Shown here: in pieces, positions 43,230 through 55,312 of the stretch | Position numbering within the stretch: position 1 is the stretch's first letter | How the letters are laid out: the number at the start of each line of letters is the position of its first letter | Assembly: GCA_951406725.2 (NCBI GenBank) | Contig: OX597831.1 | Coordinates: 3,286,001-3,350,000 of the forward strand | DNA: 64,000 nucleotides | Source: Octopus vulgaris | Lineage: Eukaryota | Reading direction: 5' to 3' | Made by a program: the position numbers and the translations under genes | Notes under the pieces: model-generated | Told to the model about the DNA's origin: nothing | Seen by the model: the letters and a program-made list of their open reading frames with translations, nothing else | Databases searched by the model: none

Positions 43230-43457
43230 TTAACCCTTTCGTTACCAACCCGGCTGAAACCGGCTCTGGCTCTGAATACAAATGTCTTGTTTTCATAAGA
43301 TTTGAATTAAAATCTTCCACCAAACCTTAGTCACAATTTATGTTCCTAACATTAGCTGAATGATAACTAAGTTATTTTACTAAATTCTTTGTCATATTTA
43401 AAGTAATTGAAAGAAACACAGAGCATCTCAAAATAAATACAGTAACGAAAGGGTTAA
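43230..43457. mobile_element. TTAA-flanked MITE family 2 (piggyBac-type) with perfect TIRs
   Basis: TTAA-CCCTTTCGTTAC ... GTAACGAAAGGG-TTAA; non-coding interior of about 200 bp. Confidence 0.92.
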
Positions 43458-43766
43458 TGATTTTTCAGTATTTTAGATTATAATTATTTAATTAAAAAAT
43501 TACTTTGGAAGTATGTGGTTAAGGACATGGAGTGGGTCATTGTCTTAGGTAAGCGTAATAATTTTATGGACTTTAGTGTTAGAATTGTTATTACAAAATG
43601 GATGGAGTAGATAACTTTGATGACATGATTCCTAACAATGTAGCATGCACCATTGCATATGTTACTAGTAGATATGAGTTTTAAAGTGTTAATTGTAAAG
43701 AGTTTATTACTGTTTGTAAGATTTACGTAAACGTTGACATGCAAACAATTTCTGTACTTTCTGCAG

Positions 43767-43986
43767 GTAAGCAAGGCTAAGAAATGGAAAGAGATCTGTG
43801 CAGTTGTGAACATAGGCTCTTCAGCAAGTGCTGCTTTCACTTTAAAAAAGAATTATGTTAGGTATTTATTTGCTATGGAATGCAAATATGACAAAGGAGG
43901 TATAGATCCAGCACCAATACTAGCACAAATGGAAGCAGCAATGCAACAGAAACGAGAAAGCAAACAGAGAAGAGCACCCTCACCAG
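43767..43986 (+). CDS. ARID1: ARID1/osa coding exon H: C-terminal half of the ARID domain (220 nt, phase 0 to 1)
   Basis: VSKAKKWKEICAVVNIGSSASAAFTLKKNYVRYLFAMECKYDKG, compare ARID1A [49 protein letters not shown] donor. Confidence 0.96.
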
Positions 43987-44103
43987 GTGAGTTTGAAATT
44001 CTATTCGTTAATAATGCAACATGACTTTTTTCAGCCCCCTTTTTTTTTTTTTATCTTTCCGTTAATGTCATTTTATTTATTTTGTTTTGTTCCTTCATTT
44101 CAG

Positions 44104-44995
44104 CTGGCTCCCAAGGCTCTTCTCAAGATGCATTCCGACCCCCTAGCACACCTAACAGCAACAGCCAAGGAATGGACCCATTTTCTCCAAACATGCAATC
44201 CTATATAGGAGGCCCCAATTCTGAATCTAACATTGGTCCAATGAGCTCAACTATGATGCCTCACGGAAATATGATGAACAGTATGAACCCTTCCAATAGC
44301 ATGCTGGCTCAAAATTCTGTGGGTGGTCCAAATTCAAGTATGCTCCCTCCTCACCATATGTCTTCTGGACCAAACAGTATGCATGGCAATATGATGCCAG
44401 GGAACATGCCCCCTTCTAATAATATGATGGGGAATTCGTATGCCCCAAACAACATGATGCCAAACAATATGGGTCCAAATAATAATATGATGGCAAATAA
44501 CATGGCAACATCAAATAACAACATGCTTGGTAACAACATGGGACCTTCTAACAACAATTTATCTTCCAACATGAACCAGGCACCTCAAAATGAAAGTGAC
44601 AGTGTTAGTGTTCAGGACCCATTTGCAGATGAGCCATGTGCCAGTGGCCCAAGTTACCCCAGGCAGAGTATGAATTCGCAAATGCCACCCTACACTGGCA
44701 TGCAATCACAGACTACCATGTCTGGTAATTATGGCTTCAATCGTCAAAATGCCCAGCACGGAATGTCACCATACTCAAATATGAGCCAACAGTCTATGAA
44801 CAACTTTTCTGAGAACCGAATTGGTCAGAATGAACAGTATAATGATGCCTATCGAAGGACAATGAGTATGGAGAATTTCAATAACAATAATAGAAATTCA
44901 GAAAATTTTGGTCCTGCAGCTACTCAATTTGGACCTCGGAATAGTCAAGTATCAGGTGCTCAGTTCCCATTTGGACCTCAGTTTGACCGTGAACG
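44104..44995 (+). CDS. ARID1: ARID1/osa coding exon I (892 nt, phase 1 to 2), N/M/G/P-rich
   Basis: Lies in ORF 44082..44999, with TTTCAG acceptor and CG|GTAAGT donor. GSQGS..PSTPNS and the conserved VSVQDPFAD motif. Confidence 0.9.
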
Positions 44996-45664
44996 GTAAG
45001 TATACATTTGTTGTTTTTCTCCTTTCTTTTCTTATTTTTAAAGATTACAGTTGTTTGTGAAATGTTAGTATGTGTATGCCTGTCTGTGAATAGTCGAGTG
45101 TTGTAGAGGTTGCTTAGTATCTGGTTTTGATTGTTAGCTACTTAACTTACTATGTGAGAGTCTTTATCACCTGTCCTTTGATGGATGACTGATTACAGTG
45201 GAGCTGAAAATATAGCATGTTTATTCTTCCTTTTCTATTTTTAAATTTTTGTTTTACATGTATTTTTTTTTTTTCCATGCTGTAGTATATAATATAGTAT
45301 ACTTTTGTTAGCACAATTATGTTCAGCTGTGAAGTATTTGTCAATTAGATAATTAAAAAAAAAAACAAAAAAAAAAACAGGCAGAGATATGTGGGGTGAG
45401 TGGGTGTGCAACATACTAGTAATAATGTTTGAACTAGTGAGTTCATAGTACTTCAGCACCTTTCAAGCTTTCATCAATTTTTTCTTATGTGTATTAAATA
45501 TTTATTTGTAAAATTATGTCTTTAGAATAATGATGTGTTTGCCAGGTTTAAAGGATGGTACTTTGATGTTTTTACACAATTCCTGTGTAAATCTGTGTTG
45601 GGTGTGATTGTTTGGATATTTGGATATTTGCTTGCGAAAGAGTGTAACTCAACAGTAATGTTGA

Positions 45665-45768
45665 TCATCATCATCATCATCGTTTAACGTCCGCTTTCCG
45701 CGCTAGCACGGGTTGGACGGTTCGACTGGGGTCTGGGAAGCCAGGGGCTGCACCAGGCTCCAGTCTGA
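45665..45768 (-). mobile_element. Short RTE 3'-tail repeat, antisense, with probable TSD
   Basis: (CAT)n-CGTTTAACGTCC...CTCCAGTCTGA, flanked by TAATGTTGA (45656-45664) and TAATGTTTGA (45769-45778). Confidence 0.9.
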
Positions 45769-47089
45769 TAATGTTTGAAATTTATATTGTGTACACTAAG
45801 CTTATGGCCGTAGTTGTTTCCTACCCATTGTTGAGACATTCATCTTCTGATTATTTCTAACAGACAGTTTATTATTGTAACACTTATAATTCTATAAACA
45901 AGTAATGAGAATTTTGTCAAAACAAGTCTTATTGAGGTTTATGGAAGAGCCACCAATTGTCTGAGATAGAAACATCTTTATTCTGTTTGTTAAAAAAAAA
46001 TAGTTATTTTTTCTGAATCCTAGGAATCCTTATTTGCTGATTTTTTATTTCCAGTTTTAGCATGTATTAATCACCAAATCCCTTAGGGCCACAAGTCAGC
46101 AGAGTTATAAAAAGTATTAGGCAAAATACCATTGGTGTTTGTTCCAGTTAACTTTACTCTAAATTCAGACACTGCTGAGGTCATTTGCGTCCTAGATTTT
46201 TTCTGGGACCATAAAGTACAATATATAAATCCAGGACAATAGGACTTGTTAGGGTGAAATGTCTTGTACTTTTTCTAGCTTTTTGCATTCTGAATTTTTG
46301 GCTGCTAGACTTAATATGTCATTTAGTTTAACATTATCACCTACCCCTTATGGTGCCTTTGACTGAGTTTATTCAGTTGTAAGCATTTAGGCTAGATCTC
46401 CAGTTTGTATATAACTTTCTCTCTCCAGTCTCTGAGACTTTCAAAAATAGAGGGTCATGGTCACTTTCTCTCCCTGACTAAGTAATAAAGGAAACAAAGA
46501 AATTTAGACTTTTTTAGATTGGCATCCTATACAAGTGAGGATTTATCCCATATGTTTGCTGTTTAGATACTCAAATAGGATAGACCATCTAAGCATAAAA
46601 AATAGGTATAAATCTGTTGTCTGTCGATGGGTATGGTTATGATAATGATGTAACAGTCTGTTGTGTAGAGAATGAATGGTAACAGGAGGTGATGAAAAAT
46701 AAAATCTTTGTTGACAGCAATTGTTTAGTATGAGGGTTATTTTTAGCCTAGTTTTTCAACAATGTGGTCAATGAAGTCGGAAAGTTTTGCAAAAACTGGG
46801 AAAAGAATGCAGTGAATGAATGATGTGTTGGTAGATGAGGTGGGAATTAGAATGGATAAGTTGATTTCAAAATAACTTGGTGGTGAGTGCCTGTGATGAA
46901 TGTGTCTGTGTGTGGAAAGTGTATAATGTTCTGTAGAATGAATTAAATAAAACAAATGTTATGAAATAGAATCAATGCAGAAAGGCTATGAAACTTCAGA
47001 GAAGTTGAAGTTAACAAAAGGGAGCTACAGATTTATATGGAAGGGTTTAGAAGACTCTTTAGGGTTACCAGGAGCTAGACAACTTCTAT

Positions 47090-47318
47090 AGTGTTGGTGC
47101 AGTGTAAACATTGCTCCCAATACAGTGTAAAGTGATTGGTGTTAGGGAGGCCATCCAGCTGTAGAAACCAAGTCAAAACAGAGATGTTGGAGTAAGTAGT
47201 CGTCTCTCTAATGTCAGTTCCTGCCTGAATCTTCCAACTCAGCAGTGTGGGAAACAGGCATACAATAATCATCATCATCGTTTAACGTCCGCTTTCCATG
47301 CTAATGAGGATGATGATT
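47090..47318. mobile_element. Diverged + RTE-tail repeat with a nested ~35-bp minus-strand tail stub
   Basis: GATTGGTGTTAGGGAGGCCATCCAGCTGTAGAAAC on +, and CATCATCATCGTTTAACGTCCGCTTTCCATGCTA on - at about 47270-47303. Confidence 0.7.
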
Positions 47319-48829
47319 GATATGTGCCTATATTGATATATGTATGCATGTGTATATATATATCTGTGTGCATGTGATCCAGACATAGTGCATCTAGAGT
47401 TGCATTATCCACTATACCCTCCCCCTCTTTTTTTTTTTCTAGAAAAAGAAAAACCGATTTCATAGAGGTTAGGTTGCTAATTCCAATAGGATGAACACTT
47501 GCATAGAGATTTCCATTTGTACTCAGTTTTGCTAGTGACGGGGGTGGGGATGATAATTGACCCACGGTCTGCTGGTGCTAATATGAACGAGAAAGTGAGA
47601 CCCTCCATTAAAATCCTCCTCAATGGAACTAAAATAGCCTTTGTGTGAAATTAGATGTGGGCAGAAAATTGCAGTGATACACTTTTGCTTATGGTGAGGG
47701 TGATGTTGATAAACCATATTCTGTGCAAATTGTATTTGCAAGCCTTTGAATTTAAAACTATTGGTGTGTATGTTTGAGCATCAACTTCTAAATAATGTGT
47801 CTCTAAAATCTAAAGCCTTTGTTTCATATTTTCAATTAAATCTCTCATTCATATATATATACTTACTTTTCTTAGCATAAATGGTGTTCCTATCATTTTT
47901 GTTCTACTCTCTCCCACCCACTCTTTTTCTCTTAGATTTGCTTTCTCACTTTCAATCAGCATGGCACTGCGTTGTACCACAGATGGCAATACACAGGTCT
48001 GAACAGTTGGCTAATGTTCCCCTGCCAGATACAGGGCTAGCTGGCATTACCCTCTTAGGTTGGCTAGCAAGAAACAGTATCCCTCAGTATTAGTGATGAA
48101 AACGACAGATGTGAAGTTACATTATTTCCTCAGTGAAAATAGTTACAAGTCACTCTATTTATAATCTTTTGAATATGTATTATCAAAAAAACAAACAAAC
48201 AAAAAAAACAACCTCCCTCTCTCTCTCTCTCTCTGTCTGTCTGTCTGTCTGTCTTTTGAAATGCTGCCACTCCTATGTTTATGCTCACACAAATGAATTA
48301 GTTTCTGAAAATTGTTAGATTGTTTTTCTTTCTTTCAATCTTATTTAATGAATCAGCCATAAATTAGGGATTGTGTCTTGAGTAAGTTCTCAATTTCTTG
48401 GCATTTTCCAGCAGCCAATTTTAGTGACTAGTAGAATCTGAACTTTGCATATATAGTCAGTCATTAATCCAGCAAATTTATCCCCCGTCATTTTTACTTA
48501 GTTCTTTTTACTGTTAAGAAAAGTCCACTGCCCAAAATCAAGCATGATGATATTGAATCAAGTTATCTACAATATAATGGCTGTATGAATATATGGCTTT
48601 GAATTGTTTCAAGTATTGCATTTTGGGTCCTTGGCTTGTAAATTCATGTTATGTTACTAGTAATGTTAAATAGTCCTGTGTGTTTAAGGCTGATGATTTA
48701 AGAAGAGTAAATTGAATAATCTTATGGGTTGGTATTGTGATGCTTTCTTGTACATGTAAAACCCACCAATCATATCATTGAAATCTCAGTTACAATTCAG
48801 TGCATGATTAATTCCAAATAATGTAAATA

Positions 48830-48994
48830 GGCGCAGGAGTGGCTGTGTGATAAGTAGCTTGCTAACCAACCACATGGTTCCGGGTTCAGTCCCACTGCGT
48901 GGCATCTTGGGCAAGTGTCTTCTGCTATAGCCCCAGGCCGACCAATGCCTTGTGAGTGGATTTGGTAGACGGAAACTGAAAGAAGCCTGTCGTA

Positions 48995-49067
<73 letters not shown>

Positions 49068-49298
49068 TGTATGTGTGTTTGTTTGTGTGTCTGTGTTTGT
49101 CCCCCTAGCATTGCTTGACAACCAATGCTGGTGTGTTTATGTCCCCGTTACTTAGCGGTTCGGCAAAAGAGGCCGATAGAATAAGTACTGGGCTTACAAA
49201 AAGAATAAGTCCTGGGGTCGAGTTGCTCGATTAAAGGCGGTGCTCCAGCATGGCCGCAGTCAGATGACTGAAACAAGTAAAAGAGTAAAGAGTAAATA
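48830..49298 (+). mobile_element. Full-length tRNA-derived SINE family A (CORE-like) with internal (TA)n/(TG)n tract, inserted in a MITE family 1 remnant
   Basis: A box TGGCTGTGTGAT, B box GGTTCAGTCCC, CTTGGGCAAGT core-like block, TA tract at about 48993-49069, LINE-like tail and (AAGAGTA)n end. TSD GTAAATA at 48823-48829 and 49292-49298. MITE end AATGCTAAAGGGTTAA at 49312-49327. Confidence 0.93.
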
Positions 49299-51369
49299 AG
49301 CATTGCATATGAATGCTAAAGGGTTAAAGAATTCATCATCATTGTAAATGATTGAAAGTTACTAAAGGAAAATGTTTCTATCAAGTAACTTTGGAGATTT
49401 CTTTTTAATTTTGAGTGGCTAAACATTGTATCCAATGCAGGTCTTTGATTGATCCACTGTGAATATGTTCAGGAGTTAAGCTTTTATGCAAAAGTTACTA
49501 ATCATTCCATTACCCTGATTATTTCATTAGGCACAATAGTCTTTTTTGTAAGAAATAGATAGCAGAGATAGTTTATTGATTGGCATTCATACATGGTATA
49601 TGCATGTGTGTGTGTGTGTGTGTGTGTCTGTCTTGTGCTGATATTATTGGGATGGAAGACTTATCTGGTGCGAGTTGAATTGAAAAGTGTAAAGCAGTCC
49701 AGTATTACCTGTACTGTTTTGATCACATTGATTGCTTTTACTGTTTTCAAACACACCTAGTGTATTGACTGAATACTCTGTCTTGCTGCTATGTAAATTT
49801 GTATCACCCACATCTTCCATACACATTGTAATATCAGATGGAGAGGTGGGTGTATTCAAACTCATTAACGTTTGTAGGCAGTTCCATCCTTATTTTGTTG
49901 TTACACGATTTTTAGTCCCTCATCCTCCATCTATTAATCTGGTTGCTTTTAGTATAAATTAGTCTGCCGCAGGAATTCACTTAAAATACCTTTTGAGAAA
50001 TCCCTGCTCCTTGGTTGGTCTGCAATGTCTGTGGTTATTCTCATTCTGTCAATCTATGAAACTTCTGTTTGGTATCAGATTCTTAGAAGTATTCGTTTTA
50101 TTTTTATATAGATTTTTAAAAAAAATGTACCTAATGTTAGTAATGTTACAAAATCTCCATTGTTAAGGCTTTGCTCGTTAAAATAGAAATCCTCAATATT
50201 TTCCAATTTCTCTTTTAGTCTTAAGTGCTATCGAGTTCTGAAGTATCTGAAACTTCCATAATTAGTGCACGAGTTGTCCCTCAGTTCATTCTCATTGGCT
50301 TTTACTGGGCACATTCTTGATTGTTGTTTCCCAGATAGCTTTCACCTTCCCCTGTCTCTCCAATGTCAGCCATCTTCTCTCCACCCCTGCACCTTTTCCC
50401 TACAGCCAGCTCTCCGCTTCCTATAGCTGTCTCATCTCACTTTCTTTTCATTCAGTTTAAAATACCAGATCATGTATTAAACATCTGTTAAATGAGGCTT
50501 ATGCAATGTTTACATAAATGTTCATTTTCTGACGGCCTGTTTTCAGCATAAATATTGCTAGAATGAAAAAGCATGGAAAGCCTTGATGTTTTCCTTTCCA
50601 CTGTTCATTGTGGACACTGTGTAAAGGCGTGGATGTCAATCCTTGTAAACATGTTATTGTTTTCTCTATGGAAATTATTATTGGAGGAGGCTTGACTGAA
50701 AAATAACTATTGAGGGGAAGAAAAGAAATCTTTGCAAAGCCATTGTATTACTATGTTTTTATATTGCTCTCTCTCTCACTCTCACCACTGGTTGGGTTGC
50801 AGATATTGTTTCAACAGATGGATGTCTTGATTCCACTAACCACTCACCTCTTAAGTAGAAACAGAAGCTGTTAGTTTAATTGTTGCCATTTTACTTTGCC
50901 CATTGAAACAACATTAAGGACTACAACAGATCAAATTCAATCTTTTCTATACTTAATGTATCTCTCCTAATTATCATTTAATGGGAACAAAACTGTCAAT
51001 TGTTTACAGTCAATACAATAGCTTGGGTGTGAACCACAGTGTAACATGTACCACTGTAACAAAAACAGTTAAAGATGAAATAAGCAAGTTGTTCAGATTA
51101 TCATACTAGGGAATATCCTGAGAAATCTTTACATTTTCTTCAAAGATGTATCAATTACTCCAGTATAAATGCATAGTTGCAGCTGCAGTAGTGTGAAGTG
51201 TGCAACTAATTACCCTCCTCAGTTGTTGGAATACCTTCAATTTGGTATGAAGCTAACTTGTGCAAGCTTTCAAACTACTTTAATCTAGTTTCATTGATGT
51301 GCATCTTTGTGATACCTCTGATGTTTTTTGTGTTGTTATACTTGCCCAAACTGACCTTGCTTGTGCTAC

Positions 51370-51538
51370 AGCCATGTAAAAAGCACTCAGCTCACCATAT
51401 GAAGTTGTGTTATGGAGGGCATCCTGCTGTAAAAACAATGCCAAAACAGACACAGAAGTTTGGTGCAGTCTTCTGCCAGGCCAGCTCCTGTCGAACCCAT
51501 GCCAGTATAAGAAGGTGGACGTTAAACGATGATGATGA
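51370..51538 (+). mobile_element. Diverged RTE 3'-tail repeat
   Basis: CATGTAAAAAGCAC...GGAGGGCATCC...GGACGTTAAACGATGATGATGA. Confidence 0.78.
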
Positions 51539-51708
51539 CTTCTTTTGCACCCAAAGTTTTTGTGACAATACTTCATTTACTACATACATAAAGTAAATAA
51601 TTTTCTTTTAGCATTGTGTATGGGGGAAGGAAAACTAGAACTACATTTTCCACAGTAACAATGTTCATGCCTTGCAAATAACTTGTCTGAATTAAAATGC
51701 ATAATATA

Positions 51709-52110
51709 GGTTTAGACATGGCTGTGTGGTAAGAAACCTGCTTCCCAGCCACATGGTTCCGGATTCAGTCCTACTTCCTACATGGCACCTTAAGCAAGTG
51801 CCTTCTACTATAGCCTCAAGCCAACCAAAGCCTTGCGAGTGGATTTGGTAGGCAAACTGACAGAAGCCTGTGAGTTGTGTGTGTGTGTGTGTGTGTGTGT
51901 TTGTCCCCCACCACTGCTTGGCAACTGGTGTTTGTGTGTTTATGTCCCTGTAACCGTAGAGGTTTGGCAAAGGAGACTGACAAAATAAGTACCAGGCTTG
52001 AGAAAAAAGAAAAAGTACTGGGGTCATTCATTCATTTAACTAAAAATTCTCCAAGGCAGTGCCCCAGCGTGGTCACAGTCTAATGACTGACACCAGTAAA
52101 AAGATAAAAA
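51709..52110 (+). mobile_element. tRNA-SINE family A, full-length, with internal (TG)n
   Basis: Aligns end to end with 48830-49298; tail GTGCCCCAGCGTGGTCACAGTCTAATGACTG. Confidence 0.9.
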
Positions 52111-54029
52111 ATGAAATATAGTATTCATCCATAAAATTTATAATCTTATTTCATTCATACATTTAATCAGATGTGTGATGGTGAACTCACTGTCAGTGCT
52201 TAACTTCAAAAAGTGTTGCTCATTATCATGTTTGACATAAATTTCAGTGTCAAGTGGTTCAGTGATGCATTAGAAAGTGGCTCATTGTTTTGATAGTTAA
52301 TGTTATGTTTGCAAATGAATATGTTAATGTTTTGAGGAGCCTATTGACAGTTGGAGAAAGCCTAAAAGCCAGTAAAGCTGAGATTAGTTTCTCTTTGTTG
52401 TATTTGTGGGTTCAGTGATTTTGAAATTTGGAATATTTCTTTAAGTTGCTTTGGAAATGGTTTAGTTAAGTTCTACTCTAGTATGTATGTGTTTGTGTGT
52501 ATATATATATATATATATACATAATTCCTACATGTTTCTTTTTCTCCCCCCCCCCCTCTCTCTCCATTGTTTTCCCCTCTCAATCCTTTCTGTCAAAATA
52601 CAGGCTCGAAATGTCAAAGACTTTTCCATTCTTCCTGAGTGTCTTCATCTTTAGTTTTTTGTCAATTTTGAACTATATCATCATCGCGTCTGTCTTCTTG
52701 TCACTACAATCTTAAAGGAAGCACAATATTGATAATGTAGTCCTGGATATACTGTGCCTGGGAAAAATGGACAAGTTGGAATGCTTTTGATTAGATGTAG
52801 ATCTGTTGGAAACCACTTCAGAATTAGACAATGTGGTTGTGTATAACGATTGTGAAACTTTAATTTAATAATGCTGTTGTTTCTTAGGAAGTGCAAGTTA
52901 TTTTTAACCCTTTGGAGATGGAGCCTCATTTGGAGTTTCAGTGCCAAGAAAATGGAGCCCTTTTCACAAGCCCTACAGAGAGCATGCACTTATTTAAAAC
53001 AACAAAAAAATTATAAAAAATAATATATTCCTACATATCCTACATGTATTCTTGTAGGAAATTAAATGAATACAATCTTCTTTGTCATTTGACTTTTTGG
53101 CCAATAGATTGGCCTTGTCATCTCCAAAGAGAAAAGCTAAAGAAATTGGGATAGTCACTCCTTTCCCTAGCTACTGGTATTACTGTGTTATTATGGAGTC
53201 TGTTTTGTGATCATGTAGCCTTGGATTCAATCTCCTTGGCACCTTGGGCAAGTGGATTCCATTGTAACCTTGAGTTGTTCTATCCTCTATGAGTGAAACT
53301 GGCAGAAGGAAACTGAAAGTCTGGCATAATGTGTATGTGAGTGTGTGTTTGTCTATACAATTGGGACTGCTGAGGATGGGGTGGGATAAAAAAAAAAACC
53401 AAAAAGAAAAAAAATCTTTATGTCCATTATTTAGCTGAGTAATAAATATAAATCTGTGAAATAAGCATGAAACTTTTAAAAAGAAGAAATAAATTTACTG
53501 GGCTTCATGGGATTGACTGAAACCCTTCAGCATGGCCACTTTCTAGTGATTGAAGCAAGTAAAAGAGTATGGTATTCACAGCTAAATGAAGCAGATGTTT
53601 CCAACTGGTTATTAAAATAATACTCATCTAATGTTTGTCTGTGCTGGCACAGGTTATATAACTCTAAAACGAGTGTTGTGCCAGGCTTAGTTATGCATAT
53701 TTTCCGGTTAACCAAACGTTGACTGTGTTTTAAGAAGGAAACCAAATACTGTTATTATTAGTACTGTAATATTTATCATCGAACTTTCAGTTACTTTGCA
53801 TTGAAGTTTATATTGTGCTAGTTGATTAAAAGAGATGTCACTAGTACCAGATTCTTGTGGCCGGACTAATTTCTTATTCCACTCCCCCCAAACTCCTGTT
53901 CTGCTTTGGCTCCATCTTTTGCTCTTCATTTTCTTGCATAAAGTTGTTTCCCCTCCATCCTGTTTGTAGTTTTGCAAACTGCATGACAGCTTCACCAGTT
54001 CTGGTGGCAGACCCCTGCTCCCCTTAACA

Positions 54030-54455
54030 CTTGCTGTAGAGTGGTTGACATGAAGAAGGGCATCCAATTGCAGTAAACTATGTCAAGGCAGGAACTGGAG
54101 CGCAATATATTTCTTGGCCTTATCAGATTCAGTCGAACTGTCCACAACCCATGCCAACTTGGATGTTAAACGATAGAGAACTCATCATTGTCATTATCAT
54201 TGTATACATCATTATTACCATTATGAGTGATAATATTACACTTGGTTTTGTTATCATGCAGGTGCTATGTTAACACACCTAATGCTGGTGTCATGTAAAA
54301 AGCACACAGTACACTCTGTAAAGTGGTGGGCATTAGGAAGGGCACCCAGCTGTAGAAACCATGCCAAAACAGACCATTGTAGTCTGACCAGCTCCTGTTA
54401 AACTGTCTGACCAATGCTAGCATGGATAACAGACATTAAATGATGAAGATGATGA
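54030..54455 (+). mobile_element. Two adjacent diverged RTE 3'-tail repeats
   Basis: GTGGTTGACATGAAGAAGGGCATCCA...GATGTTAAACGAT (to about 54175) and CATGTAAAAAGCAC...GGAAGGGCACCCAGCTGTAGAAAC...GACATTAAATGATGA (about 54285-54455). Confidence 0.75.
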
Positions 54456-54933
54456 AATTACATTGGTAGATTATACTTCACACTATCTAGTCCTGTACAT
54501 CTTTTGGATTCAATTATGTCAATGTAGAAATAGTGCAGATAGAACAGGTAGCAGTAAAATTTATGCTTGTGCTGTATAGTCAAAGAAATCACCTCTGCCA
54601 TTAATCATCTTTGTTATTTCGATTGTCCATTATGTATGTCTTGTGTCCTTTAAGCCTCATAATTATAAAGCATATTGTTTTGTTAGTGTAAATATTTTCA
54701 GGAGATCTTCAATTGATAATATCACATACAATCTGTAAATTAGGGTTCATGTAACTATTTTGAAAGAAACCTTAACTAGCCATGTATTCCCATTGACTTC
54801 CATATATTGTGAGTTATGTAATTTTGTCAATTCCTCTGTTGTCAATAAGCTGATTACCTGGGACTTTCTTGCGTTTGTCTAGTTGCTGTATTGTTTTCAT
54901 TTAACCAACAGAAGGGGGGGGGGACAAATTCAT

Positions 54934-55312
54934 AGGCGTGGCTGTGTGGTAAGAAGCTTGCTTCCGAACCAAATGGTTCTGGGTTCAATCCCACTGCTTG
55001 GCACTTTGGGCAGGTGTTATCTACTAAGCTACTATAGCCTTAGTCAGACCAAGACTTTGCAAGTGGGTTTGGTGGATGGAAACTGATAGAAGCTTGTCAT
55101 ATCTGTGTCTTTTGTGTTTGCTTCCACCACAGCTTGACAACCAGTGTTAGTGTGTTTGCATCCTATGACTTAACGGTTCGATAAAAGATATCAATAGAAT
55201 AAGTACCAGGCTTTAAAAAAAAAAGAATACTGGGGTCAATCATTTGGCTAAAATTTCTTCAGGACAGTTCCCCAGCATGGCTGCAGTCTAATGACTGACA
55301 CAAGTGAAAGAT
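54934..55312 (+). mobile_element. tRNA-SINE family A, full-length
   Basis: GGCGTGGCTGTGTGGTAAG head, GGTTCAATCCC B box, tail CCCCAGCATGGCTGCAGTCTAATGACTG. Confidence 0.88.

Noticed and set aside
48830-48900. tRNA gene
   Set aside because: It has A/B-box-like motifs but no convincing cloverleaf, and it continues into the SINE body.
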